Part shown: positions 49,076 through 62,800 of the stretch, piece by piece
How the letters are laid out: every line of letters starts with the position of its first letter
Numbering within the stretch: the stretch's first letter is position 1
The notes under the pieces: generated by a model
What the model was told of the DNA's origin: nothing
What the model saw: the letters and a program-made list of their open reading frames with translations, nothing else
Databases searched by the model: none
NCBI GenBank assembly: GCA_963514005.1
Contig: OY740809.1
Span: 22,692,001 to 22,756,000 of the forward strand
Direction of reading: 5' to 3'
DNA: 64,000 bases
DNA from: Raja brachyura
Taxonomy: Eukaryota
Translations under genes and position numbers: made by a program

Positions 49076-49886
49076 CTCTAGTTGCATGTCCATCTCTTGG
49101 GTTCTCAAAATAGAAATAGTCCCAACATGGGGGAAAAAAAAAAAATGGTGTGAAATTTTGGACGTTAATGGAATTGAGCCACAATATCACTTCATGTCAA
49201 AAGCTCTTGTTTAACTGGAATAGCGAGTTTCATGAGATGGGAAAACAATGACGACTATGAAAACTCAGGTTATGCTGACAAAATATTTGTTGATTCAATT
49301 TCAAGCTTTGCTTCACATGGATACATCTAGTCTTTTCTTAATTGTTTCTGGATCTATACATTCTTTGAAAGCAAAACACAATCTCCCTTATAGGCATCAG
49401 GTATTAGTGCATAATTTGCATACAGCATGTTCCACCAATCCCTCTAACTTTCATGGTTAGCAGCATATTGCCAAACACAAAATACATTGCTTCAACCCAA
49501 ATTAGTCCAAGGACAATTACAGCAATATCTATAATCTTTACAAAATTGGAAAATTTAACATTAGGAGAAAATAGTGATTTTGTTGCTGGGAGAACAATTG
49601 CACATAATCTGACACATCTAACTATTAGATCATTAAGATCTGAATTAACTAAGAGTCACCATCAAGAACCTCTTTATAATTTCAGAGATATTTATGTGCT
49701 TATTAAGAGCATTGAAAGTTCACAGTTCTCTTTCAATGTTGAATAAATGTACCCTAAAACAGTTTTCTACTCTGTCTCAACACAGTAATGTAATCCAAAT
49801 CCAGATCACATTACATATCCACATTTTTAAATTGTGGGTACTAACAAGAATATGTCAATTGAAGAAGTTACTACCATATTGATGAA

Positions 49887-49892
49887 TTTATT
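49887..49892 (-). terminator. Candidate NCDN polyadenylation signal AATAAA
   Basis: tttatt on + strand, about 520 nt past the NCDN stop. Confidence 0.3.
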
Positions 49893-50414
49893 TTCATTAT
49901 GAACAGAACTAAGCCCATCAAACAAACTAGATTATTCCAAAATATAACAGCACAACAAGAGTCAATCACATTGATGGCTGACATTACATACACACTCTAA
50001 TTATTTTTACATTAAGCAAAAATAGTTATGACACATAATTCTTTGCAATAAGCTCACTTTTTAATTGTATGCTGTGGATGACAAGATATCTTCAGACATA
50101 AGCTTTTCAATCAAACTTACCATAAAACCTTTAAAACCAGGGACAAAAGTGAGTAAGTGCAAGAAAACAGTCATGAGATTTCTGGTTACAAAAGTGTGCA
50201 GGGCCAAACCTGCTCCGTCTGCTAAGTTTGACTGAATTTAAAAACATTCAAGGATGAAACTTTAAATGGCAGAAAGACTCAAAGCATAAAATTCATGTGA
50301 CTACTTAAAAAATCTTCACAGGTAAACATATTAAGCTTCTGAGAGCAGACTGAAGCTTCAAATAGTTACACTGGTTGTTTAATCTAGCAAATTCAGGACA
50401 GCAAGTGTAAGTTT

Positions 50415-50851
50415 TTAATTTTTGCAGAGAACATCTTTCAAAATAGACATTCCATACAGGTTTGCTCTCTCTGCACCATTCTTGAGTAACATAAAGTCCT
50501 TGCATGATTTATTGTTCTTTGCTAGCTCAGCTAACACACATTGAAAGGCAGCAACAAGGTCAAGCTCAACAGACGTGGGGGAAGCTCGAGTTAGCAAATC
50601 AAAAATATTATTCATCCACTTCGATTCAATTACATTTTGTGCTAGCCATGGCAATAAAGGTATGCAACTACTAAAAGCTTGCATTCCTAGAAACCAAAGC
50701 TCAGAGATTTGATCCCAAATTTCCTGGTATCGCTCAGTCAGGACAATAAGTGTTCTTTGATCTGCCTCTTCCTTTTCAGCTGCATGTGCTTTTGAAAGAA
50801 ATTGAATTGCTTCTCGGAAAAATCCCTGGGGCACTGAGGTTTCCTGAAGCA
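50415..50851 (-). CDS. NCDN: NCDN terminal coding exon (VLQETSVPQGFF...LKDVLCKN*)
   Basis: ttccag acceptor; ORF 50415..50900 ends in TAA. Confidence 0.93.
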
Positions 50852-53800
50852 CTGGAAAAAAAAGATTGCTTTTCAAAATACAAACGACACGACAACCCAA
50901 TGACCAGACTTTTATTTAATATCAAGTACAAGGTCAACCACCTCTGCTTGAAAGTAAAATAATGATTTTGGCTGTCTCACTTCTCTTCCAACAATCTGTA
51001 ATTTTTCTAAAGTCTTTCAGTCTTTAAGTATTTCAGCTCAGACCAGAAGATACCACACAGGTCTGTTCCCAAATCCCATATCTTCATTTGATCTTTACAC
51101 TCTCAGATCCACTATCTTCAAAGTTTACCATTAAGAAGCATATTTTTCTTCACTATTCTACCATTATCTTTGACTTCGGCAATGCATTTATTAAAGTTCT
51201 GCATGGTAGGCTGGTCTGGAAGGTTACATCCCATGGGATCCAGGGAGAGATAGAGACTAAATTTCGTGGAAGAAAGCAGCGAGTATTGGCAGAAGATTGT
51301 TTTTTTGGGCTGGAGGCCTTTGACTGGAAGTGTTCCTCAGGGATTGGTACTGGGCCCATTGATGCTTCAAAGATTTCAAAGGTCTTTTATTGTCATGTGT
51401 ACCAATTAAGGTACAGTGATATGCGAATTACCATACAGCCACACTAAAAATAAAATAAAAAAACACACAACTACATAAAAGTTAAAACAATTTGGTTGAG
51501 AATGTAGAAGGTATCATTTTGCAAGGTGAGAGGGGAGAGGGGAAAGATTTAATAGGAACCTGAGGGGCAACTTTTTCTTCACAGAGAGTGGTGCGTGCAT
51601 GGAACGAGCTGCCGGAGGAGGCAGTTGAGGCAGGTACTATCAGAAGCATTTAATAGACATTTGGACAGGTACGTGGATAGGAAAGGTTTAGAGTGATATG
51701 GGCAAAATGTAGGCAGGTGGGACTAAAGGGCATCTTGGCCGGCATGTGCAAATTGGGCCGAAGGCCCTGTTTCTGTGCTGCTTGACTATTTGTCCCAGCT
51801 TTACTGTTGGAAAGGCTATTCCTACTATCCTTGCACAATGACGTCCACCTTCTTATTAAGCTGCATCCTTTGCTGCCTCATTCATTATACATAAACGTAG
51901 CTTTTTGATAATGATATGAACAAACAATGAACTAAATTCCATCTCATTGACACGCTTAAAATCATTAAAAAAACGCACCTCGTGATTCAGCTTAAACTTT
52001 CTCCAAATGAATAACTTAACATATCTTTCACCAGCACCCAGGAAACCAGTTCATGATTTTAATCTCTCTTCTGATTAGTCACTGGGGTTACACCCAAAGG
52101 TAGGCTAACCATTTTGTCCAAGCTATACTTCACACAGTTACTTTCCACCTTGTAACTTCATTTCTACCTCACATTCATAAAGTCATCTCCACAATTATCA
52201 CTATTGACCAACATTTTCTGGATTATCTTTCCAACCCTCAACTATTCATAAGATTTCTATCCAAATCAGATCAGACTCACCTAAAACTTGTCTTCACTAA
52301 CCATTAATGACCTATCCACAACCTTTCACTCTTATCAACACATTAAAAAAAAAATTGAATTATGGCTCCATTGCAAATTTCACCAAGGCACATATATACA
52401 GGAAATTTCTTCCACTAAAGTCACAAGTCAGATTATCTAATCTTCAAACACCAGCTACTTGCTATTAGTTTGTCACTAAACTCGACCTTGGTGATAGAAT
52501 CTTTACCAATTTTGCCTGCACTTGCAGTTTTCTTGGCAACATTTTTCTTTCCCCACCCCCCCCCCCCACCCACCTCCCATTACATTCAAAGGCACCCTCA
52601 AAACTGACTTCCATAGCCTTAGCTTTGCTAATTTTTCTGAACACTTATTCAGCGTTTACTATGTAAAATGATTTTAAATTATTTGCATTAGCATTGCTCT
52701 AGTGCAGGTGGACATTACTGTAAAATATTGTACAATCTCCATTTTCTAAAGTACAGATATATTTAATTACTTTTACATTAGATACAATAGATAACAATTT
52801 AGCTTTTTTATTTTGTACCTGGAGTGCCAGCCAATATGCGGCTCATCATTAATCCCAAAGTGGTAAAATTAGCAGCAAGAATCAGGTAACTTTGGTTGCA
52901 GAGCAGTGAAGGCAAGGATTTCATTAACAAATTAAGTAAAGTTAAGAAGCACTCTTCCTGTCTGCAACAATAAATTAAAAGAAAACAAGGGTAAGCAATG
53001 TTTAATAAAGATGAATTAAAAACAGAAAATGTTGATATTAATTTTATGAATTGAAGACTTATGATATTGGCAATATTTTACCCGTGCAAATTTGGTAAAT
53101 CCACATATGCTCCTTAATCAGGGTCAGAACAAAATGTTGTGGAACCAGTTAGTAATATCATTCTTAGTAATGTAATTGAATGAGAAGCCAATTAACTATA
53201 ATCAATCATAATCACCGATCCACTTGTAATAATGCATACCCACATTATATTACTTGAATATTTAGTGTTATTGTTATGTTAACCTGTGCATCATCAAGAA
53301 TCCCGCAGTGCCTCCTTATGGTAACACAGTCAGACAAAACTGTGTGGGGATCTTGGAGGAACGTTGGCCCCCAGAAATTTCACCTGTGGAAGCTGCGGGA
53401 GGGTATGCCTGTCAAAGATAGGCCTAGCCAGCCACCGCAGGGAATGCAACCATAGGTGAAACATTTCCCTCTCCAGGAAATCAAAGCATCATCCTATCAG
53501 ATGGACGGATGTTAACTATTTAATGTGAAAACAATAGGTCAATAGTGGCCTTCGAAACCATCGAAAACTCCACAGATTAACGTAATTAGCAACAAAATTA
53601 TAGAGATTAGGAAGGAGGCAGGATTAATCCATGCTCTGTTTAGACATTACACCTGGATGCAATGGCAGAATTTTGGTTTGGGGAAAAAAAAGATTTATCC
53701 AACAATTACAATGTTGGACATATATACAAGAATGTGGGGACAAGTTAGAACTGCAAAGGTAGCTGTTGGCAAGGATCTATCAGTTTTACCTAGGCTGACT

Positions 53801-56800
53801 CACAACTCACCCGAACATTGAAAGTGGCGAAACTGAATATGCAAGTTAGGAACAGGAGTAGGCCACTTGCCCCTCATACCTACCTACTGCAGACTCTACC
53901 CACAGAAATCTTTCAACTTCTTGCTTGTCAAGAATCAAATGTGACACAGTGGTACTGCCCCATAGCTTCAAGGTCCAGGGCTCAGTTTTGACCTTTGGTG
54001 GTGTTAATGTGGAGTTTACATTTTTTTCCATGCGTCTCGGTGGGGTTCCTTCAATTGCTCTGGTTTCCTCGCTTATCCCAAACATCTGCCGGTCGTTAGG
54101 CTATTTGGCTGCTATAAATGAACACTCAAATAATGGCTAGTGAGAGAATTGGGTGAGGGACAGCGTGAATAGGCATGAGAGAATAGATAACGGGGAATAA
54201 GATTGACATAATCGATTTGTGAACTAGCACAAACTCAATGGGCCAAATGGTACGTCTTAAGAAAATATGGATAATCTCTGGCTCACACATATTCAAAGAC
54301 TATTTCCACAGCCCTTAGACAAAGAGAATTCCAAAATACAATACCTAAGGAGCAAAAAAAATCCATCACATATTGGCCATAAATTAGTGATTATATAAAG
54401 GCTCTATATAGATTCTCCCCCAAGAGGCAACATCCCCTCCACATTCATCCTGTCCACACCCTTCTCTCTTCTGGGTACAAGCATAGTCTGTTCAATCTTT
54501 CCTGATGGGAGCCGGGTGAAATAATGATGGGGCTGAGACTAGACTTCCTTTATGTTGGCTGCTTTTCTGAGGCAGCATAGATGGAGTCAATGGTGTGGAA
54601 TCTGGTCTGCATGATGTTCTGGGCTACATCCACAACTCTCTGCAATTTTGTGCAGTTTTGGGCTGAGCAGTTCCCAAACCAAGCTGTGATGCAACCCAGC
54701 TGTATGCTTTCTATGGTGCATCTGTAGAAGTCTGAAAGTAATTGAAGACATGCCAACTGTTCTCAGTCTCCAGAGCAATTAGAGGCATTGGTGTGCCTTC
54801 TTGGCTGTTTCTTCAATGTGCTTGGTCCATGACCGATCATTGGTAATTATACTTAGGAAAGGGTGACAACCATATCCAGAAAAAGTTAATTCATTATAAA
54901 TAGTGGTCACAATTACAATTCTGTCTTGGGACCAAACAGGAGCAGGTATGCAACGTAAACTATGGTTATCTTGCAGAATTATCATTGCTGGAACCTGGCC
55001 AAGATGCTTGACATTTAACAGAAAAAATAGCAACAAACTTAAACCGTAACCCATGGATTAGGTTTTCTTGCAGCTGATTATGATCAGCAAGCAACATTTA
55101 AGCACCTGTGCTCAAGCTGTAAACTGAAACCCAACCAATGTTTTGTTTATTGTACCCAAGTCTAGTTCTTGTGTAATGAATTTTCCAATTTCTCTTTGTT
55201 CCCTCCACTGATGTATTACTTAAATATTAGAGATGTAATTATAAAGAGGTTAATTTTGGTACTCTTGTGGATTCTTTTCACTATCTTAATATACATTTCT
55301 TTTTCAATATATATAACTAACTTTCATCAAATTACAGAGTAATTCTTCAGCTGAGTTGGAAATACCTTATCAGTGCAGGGTCAGTTACTACAAGATTCAG
55401 GAAAATTCCACAGGCCGTTCGGAGATTCATCTCCGTTTTATCTGGTGAAAGCGGTGCATTGTGGCATGTATTGAAAACTTCCCACTGTTGTGTAAAATAG
55501 CGGAGGAGCAAAACATGAAACCCATGTGAAATTAAGATTCTCCGAGGAGCATCCTCAACTGAAAGGTGACAAAATCCAGGTAGCAAGAACCTGTAAGTAG
55601 AGACATATAATCAGCACTATATTTTAAGTATACCAAAGTATTAAGAAACAGGTTCTACCAGTAATCCTCATCTTTTCAAATAACTCTTGCCGTGCCCCTA
55701 TGAAATGGAAGGACAACACAAACCTGATTAAGTTAATGATAAATCACAAGATACATATTTTATTTTGTATGCATGAAAAATATTCAAAGAATTGATTGAC
55801 CCTATTCTGCTATTCAACATGTGATCTACAGCTGTGTACCCACATTTTCCTGTATTTTATACATTTATCTGCATTGCTCGAAATGTAAACTATCTGTATC
55901 AATATCTAATTTGAATACATGGCTTTTCACAGTCTGAAGAAGGGTCTCAACCCGAAGTGTCACTCATTCCTTCTCTCCAGAGATGCTGCCTGTCCCGCTG
56001 AGTTACTCCAGCATTTTGTCTACCTTAGAGATAAAATGTAGTCGGAGACAGTAAAACTGGTCGGAGAACTGGGAAGGGGGAGGGATGGAGAGAGAGAGGG
56101 AAAGCAAGGGCTACTTGAAGTTAGAGAAGTCAATATTCATAATGCTGAGGTGTAAGCTGCCCAAGCGAAATATGAGGTGCTGTTCCTTCAATTTGCACTG
56201 GGCCTCACTCTGACAATGGAGGAGACCCAGGACAGAAAGGTCAGTGTGGGAATGGGAGTTAAAGTGTTGAGCAACTGGGAGATCTGGTTAATCTGCTTCA
56301 TCTACCATGTTGCCCTTGGCATGTAATAGCCCTATGGTGAATACAATAATTTCAGATTACCAGTCTTATGTCAGAATTGTCTAGTTCTGATGCAAGATCA
56401 TCCACTGGTAAAATTAGCTCTTTTTCTTTTAACCTGAATGCAAATAGATACGACGGATATTTCAAGCATTTTCTTTTGTGTTAAATTTCCTGTATCTGCT
56501 ATATTCTAGATTTCACTGTGCCAGTATGTTATTTTGAGGGGGTTTTTTTGACACCATGCAACTGCCTGCATTCTTCAATGAAATAGATGTAATCCAAAAG
56601 CATCTAACACCTGAACAACTTTGTTCTTTACCCTTTCTCAGATTTTGTTTTACTCTTTCCATAAACCTCTACCCCACCCCTCCCAATCTCACTCCACTCT
56701 CGCAGTTTAAAATCCAGTTCTAATGCAGGGTTACCTACCTCTGCTGCAGATACTGCCGGACCTGCTGTGAACATAGAACTTTCCACTGTTATATTTCATA

Positions 56801-59800
56801 CATCTGGAGCTCTTTTCTTAAATCAATCTAGACGTTTTGGGGGAACTCTAGCAAGTAGGAAGCAATGTTTAAGAAGGAACTGCAGATGCTGGAAAACGAA
56901 GGTAGACAAAAATGCTGGAGAAACTCCGTGGGTGAGCCAGCATCTATGGAGCAAAGGAAATAGGCGTTTCGGGCTGAAACCCTTCTTCAGACTGAACTCA
57001 ATGTTGCTTTTCTGCTCACCACGACTGACTGCTTTCTTAAAATCGAATTCTAGATAGGCTGCAATGTCTTCCAATGAAGCACAGCAAAATACAAACTATG
57101 GTCTTTAATCCCCGTCCTCAAATGCTGTTAAGCAGCAAACAACCCAATTATTTTCTGAGGTTAAAAAATCTGACATGGTCCCAGTCTATAGTCTTGTTGT
57201 CATATTTAACCCCAAGAGAAACTCCCAAACACATAACCCACATCAACGCTTAGGCTGCCTATTGCTATTTGCCCATCCCCATCCAAGCTCAGAGCATCTG
57301 CTGCTAACCTGTGTCTTTGTCGCGAGGGTCTTAGGCAGAAAACGCTAGTGGGAGCTGTGTACAGGCCACCTAACAGTAGTATTGGAGTTGGGGATGGCAT
57401 CAAACAGGAAATTAGAAATGCGTGCAACAAGGGTAACACGGTTATAATGGGTGACTTCAATCTGCATGTAGATTGGGTGAATCAAATTGGCAGGGGTGCT
57501 GAGGAAGAGGATTTCCTGGAATGTATGCGGGATAGTTTTCTCAACCAACATGTGGAGGAACCAACGAGAGAGCAGGCTATTCTAGACTGGGTATTGAGTA
57601 ATGAGGAAGGGTTAGTTAGCAGTCTTGTTGTGCGTGGCCCCTTGGGCAAGAGTGACCATAATATGGTTGAGTTCTTCATTAGGATGGAGAGTGACAAAAT
57701 TAAGTCAGAAACAAGGGTTCTGAACTTGAACAAAGGTAACTTTGAAGGTATGAGATGTGAATTGGCCAAGATAGACTGGCAGGTGATTCTTAACGGGTTG
57801 ACAGTGGATGTGCAATGGAAGGTATTTAAAGCCTGCATGGATGAAGTACAAAAGTTGTTCATACCAGTTTGGCAAAAGAATAAATCGGGGAAGGTGGTGC
57901 ATCCATGGATAACAAGGGAAATCAGGGATAGTATAAAAACAAAAGATGAGGCATACAAATTTGCCAGAAAAAGCAGCCTACCGGAGGACTGGGAGAAATT
58001 CAGAATCCAGCAGAGGAGGACAAAGGGCTTAATTAGGAAAGGGAAAATAGATTATGAAAGGAAACTGGCAGGGAACATAAAAACTGACTGCAAAAGTTTT
58101 TATAGATATGTGAAGAGAAAGAGACTAGTTAAAACAAATGTTGGTCCCTTGCAGTCAGAAACAGGTGAATTGATCATGGGGAACAAGGACATGGCAGACC
58201 AATTGAATAACTACTTTGGTTCTGTCTTCACTAAGGAAGACATAAATAATCTGCCGGAAATAGCAGTGGAACGGGGGTCAAATAAGATGGAGGAACTGAG
58301 TGAAATCCAGGTTAGCCGGGAGGTGGTGTTGGGTAAATTGAACGGATTGAAGGCCGATAAATCCCCAGGGCCAGATAGTCTGCATCCCAGAGTACTCAAG
58401 GAGGTAGCCACAGAAATAGTGGATGCATTAGTGATAATTTTTCAGAATTCCTTAGATTCTGGAGTAGTTCCTGAGGATTGGAGGGTAGCTAATGTAACCC
58501 CACTTTTTAAAAAAGGAGGGAGAGAGAAAGCGGGGAATTACAGACAATTTAGTCTAACATCGGTAGTGGGGAAACTGCTAGAGTCAGTTATTAAAGATGG
58601 GATAGCAGCACATTTGGAAAGTGGTGAAATCATTGGACAAAGTCAGCATGGATTTACGAAAGGTAAATCATGTCTGACAAATCTGATAGAATTTTTTGAG
58701 GATGTAACTAGTAGAGTGGATAAGGGAGAACCAGTGGATGTGTTATATCTAGACTTTCAGAAGGCTTTCGACAAGGTCCCGCATAAGAGATTAGCATACA
58801 AACTTAAAGCACACGGTATTGGGGGTTCAGTATTGATGTGGATAGAGAACTGGCTAGCAGACAGGAGGCAAAGGGTAGGAGTAAACGGGTCCTTTTCAGA
58901 ATGGCAGGCAGTGACTAGTGGGGTGCCACAAGGCTCAGTGCTGGGACCCCAGCTATTTACAATATATATTAATGATTTGGACGAGGGAATTCAATGCAAC
59001 ATCTCCAAATTTGCAGATGATACCAAGCTGGGGGGTATAGTTAGGTGTGAGGAGGATGCTTGGAGGCTGCAGGGTGATTTGGATAGGCTGAGTGAATGGG
59101 CAGATGCATGGCAGATGCAGTATAATGTGGATAAATGTGAGGTTATCCACTTTGGTGGCAAAAACATGAGGGTAGACTATTATCTGAATGGTGGCAGATT
59201 AGGAAAGGGAGAGATGCAACGAGACCTGGGTGTCATGGTACACCAGTCATTGAAAGTAGGCATGCAGGTGCAGCAGGCAGTGAAGAAAGCAAATGGTATG
59301 TTAGCATTCATAGCGAAAGGATTTGAGTATAGGAGCAGGGAGGTTCTACTGCAGTTGTACAGGGTTTTGGTGAGGCCACACCTGGAGTATTGCGTACAGT
59401 TTTGGTCTCCAAATCTGAGGAAAGACATCCTTGCCATAGAGGGGGTACAGAGAAGATTCACCAGACTGATTCCTGGGATGTCAGGACTTTCATATGAGGA
59501 AAGATTGGATAGACTCGGCTTGTACTCACTGGAATTTAGAAGATTGAGGGGGGATCTTATAGAAACGTACAAAATTCTTAAGGGGTTGGACAAGCTAGAT
59601 GCTGGAAGATTGTTCCCGATGTTGGGGGAGTCCAGAACAAGGGGTCACAGTCTAAGGATAAGGGGGAATTCCTTTAGGACCGAAATGAGGAAAACATTCT
59701 TTACACAGAGAGTGGTGAGTCTCTGGAATTCTCTGCCACAGAAGGTAGTTGAGGCAAGTTTATTGGCTATATTTAAGAGGGCGTTAGATGTGGCACTTGT

Positions 59801-62800
59801 GGCTAAAGGGATCAGGGGGTATGGAGAGAAGGCAGGTACGGGATACTGAGTTGGATGATCAGCCATGATCACATTGAATGGCGGTGCAGGCTCGAAGGGC
59901 CGAATGGCCTACTCCTGCACCTATTTTGTATGTTTCTATGATTCTATGTCTATAGATTCATTGAGAGATATAGCACAGAAATAAGTCTTTAGTTCAGCAA
60001 GTCAATACTGACCATAAACCACCCATTACATTAATCCTACATTTATTCATTTAACAAAAATATTCACATCACATTTTCATGTTCTTCCCCCAATCACCTG
60101 GGAGCAATTTGCTTATCCAATTGAGGTCAGGAACAAACCCTGTCTCTAGTGCTGTGGGGTAGGAGCTCTTCTGCTGCACCTTTAGAACCAATTATTCCAA
60201 AGCACTCTCTCATGCTTTACCCTCTTAATATGATATTTAAAAAATTGTGTCAGTTAAGAAGAGGACAACAAAGTCCCAATAACTTAAATTGGTTACCCGT
60301 TTTAAAATATTCACATTCATCCATAATCTCAGTTATCCATGTTATTGTTATTTTCCACTACCTTTCAACTCCCTGAGATATACGTTTCTCCAATATAGAT
60401 ACAAAATGCTGGAGTAAGTCAGCGGAACAGGCAGCATCTCTGGATGGAGTTTCGACCTGAAATGTCACCCATTCCTTCTATCCAGAGATACTGCCAGTCC
60501 CGCTGAGTTACTCCAGCATTTTGTGTCTGTCTTCCGTTTAAACCAGCATCTGCAGTTCCTCCCTACTACGTTTCTCCAATTCTGTCCTCCCAAGCTTCAA
60601 TAACCTTTAACATTTTTCAATTGCAAATCCAGCCTTTACACGGCAGAGATCCAAATTCTGGAATTTAACAAGTCTCCATGTTATCATTGTTGCGATTGTA
60701 CAATTACAGCTGAATTTTCATTCAGGGCAAGAGTAAAATTACACGACCACAGTTTCTGAAATAGACCATAAAATGTTATATTGCAATTTTTTCTTACCTC
60801 AAAGCATCCCTCGACCAGGTTTTTGCCTCAGAACTATCAGTTAGAGAGAGTTCTTTTACTTCATTGTCCACGTTATCTGACCTAATTGGACATTCAAACA
60901 GAACCCGAGCATAATGAATCAGAAAAGGCAGCACATCACAGACTTCTTGTTTTAATGCACACGTCTCTTCAGCCAACCATGCACCTAATACTCTGATTGA
61001 GGCAAACAGAAATGGGTCTCTCAGTTGTTCTTCTTTCACCTGCGTTATAGGAAGAATTTTAAGGTAAAAACCAAATTGATTTAGTTACAACCACATTTTA
61101 AAAAGTGAAACAGAAGTAATACATTCCCATTAAAAGGAATTATAGATAATATTTGAAGTTTAATGCAATTAACGATAAGGGAAAGCTTCTAAACAATAAG
61201 CCACTGATTGGAAATTCTGTTTGGCTACATAAATAAATTGTGGACATGGTGTCTTATTCTTTGCTACACCAGAATACAGAAAATTACAGAAGATTTGTTT
61301 TAAATCAGTTTCGCTGCACCCTAAAGAGAAAATGCTCTCAGAGCAAATAACATAATTGAAGTTTCAACTCTAGCTGTCCATTATCGAAATTCCACCCTTT
61401 AACATAGGCTGTATGAAACTCCATATACATTTGACAGCAATTCTACTTCCCATGGATATTTGTTGTCAGTCTATTTTGAATATAGCCATAAGCCAATGTT
61501 GATGTTTATTTACATTACATGCATGGCCAACTCAGCTATCCAAACTCAATCTGAGGTTTGGTCATTTCCGGTTTTTCACACAGTCTAAAGTAGATTCAAA
61601 ACACATGAACGGTAAATAATCCAATCATTCTCCCCAACTGCTGCCTCTTATTCCGATTAAAAAATATACTGTCTGGTGAATTCTACTATTTGCAGTACAT
61701 TATTTAATAAATATTGGATCACCATATCACAATTATGTATTTTGCTGTCCAAAATGCATTCATTTAAATAGCATTGTTATTAAATTTGTATTAGAATTTG
61801 CATTAATCTAATATTACAGCAAACCAATTGTACATTTGTCATGAACTGAAAAATGACGCACAATCTGTACAATGTAGCATACAACCGTATGCAGTTTTAT
61901 GCAAACGTACAATTAGTCCTCTTGCCAAATTTATATAAAGTATAATTTTAAAAGTTCTATTAAAACCAAAGAGATAATGAACTATGAAACAGCATTAGAG
62001 CTGTGGAATTAAAACAAATCTCTGATAGGTGGGTGCTCTTCAACACAGAAAAAACAACCACAGAAAGTGAAAGACATAAGTGGAGTCTATTCAGCACATT
62101 ATGTTCTGGGCTGGGCAAAAAAAAGTTACTCAGTTTAATCCCGACTTCCAACACAGGTCTGTAACCACATAGGTCGTAGTTCTTCCAAGTATTATTCTGA
62201 GGCAGCAAGTTCCAGACATCCTATGTGAAAGTATTTTTCCATGTCTCCCATCTAATGTTTTGAAAAATATTGTAATCCATATCTGCTGTTTAGGACCCCG
62301 CAAAGAGAAATAAGTGATTCCTATTTATTCCCCCTCAATCCCTCAAAATGTATACACTTCAATTAAGTCTCCTCTGTTCCAAATTAAATATTAGTCTGTC
62401 CCATTTTATCTTGTTTCTACAAGTTATTGTTCTGTAACAAAGCTCCTCTAACCTCCTTCCCCCAACGGAATCACAATGTTTTAATATGCTGACCAGGTTC
62501 ATGATCCAACACTGAATAAGATTCTAGTGTAATTTCCCTTTCTCTTATCTTCAGTAAAGCAAAATATCCCTATCCCTAACCTTATTTAGCTCAAGATATT
62601 GAGACAAACATTTCAGGGTCACTTTGTTACCTCTGCACTAAATCAACAATTTACTATTTACTGTGCATTCCCTTGCTCTGTTGCACCTTCATAAATGCAT
62701 TACCTCACACTTGTCTGGATTAAATTTTTGCTAAATGAGCAAATCATCTGAATGTTCATAAAATCTAGTTTCCCACTTCACAAACACATGCATCATCTGC

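Noticed and set aside
57482-59872. Several long antisense ORFs (e.g. 57482..57958, 59180..59593)
   Set aside because: They are the reverse-strand shadow of CR1 ORF2 and have no independent motifs.
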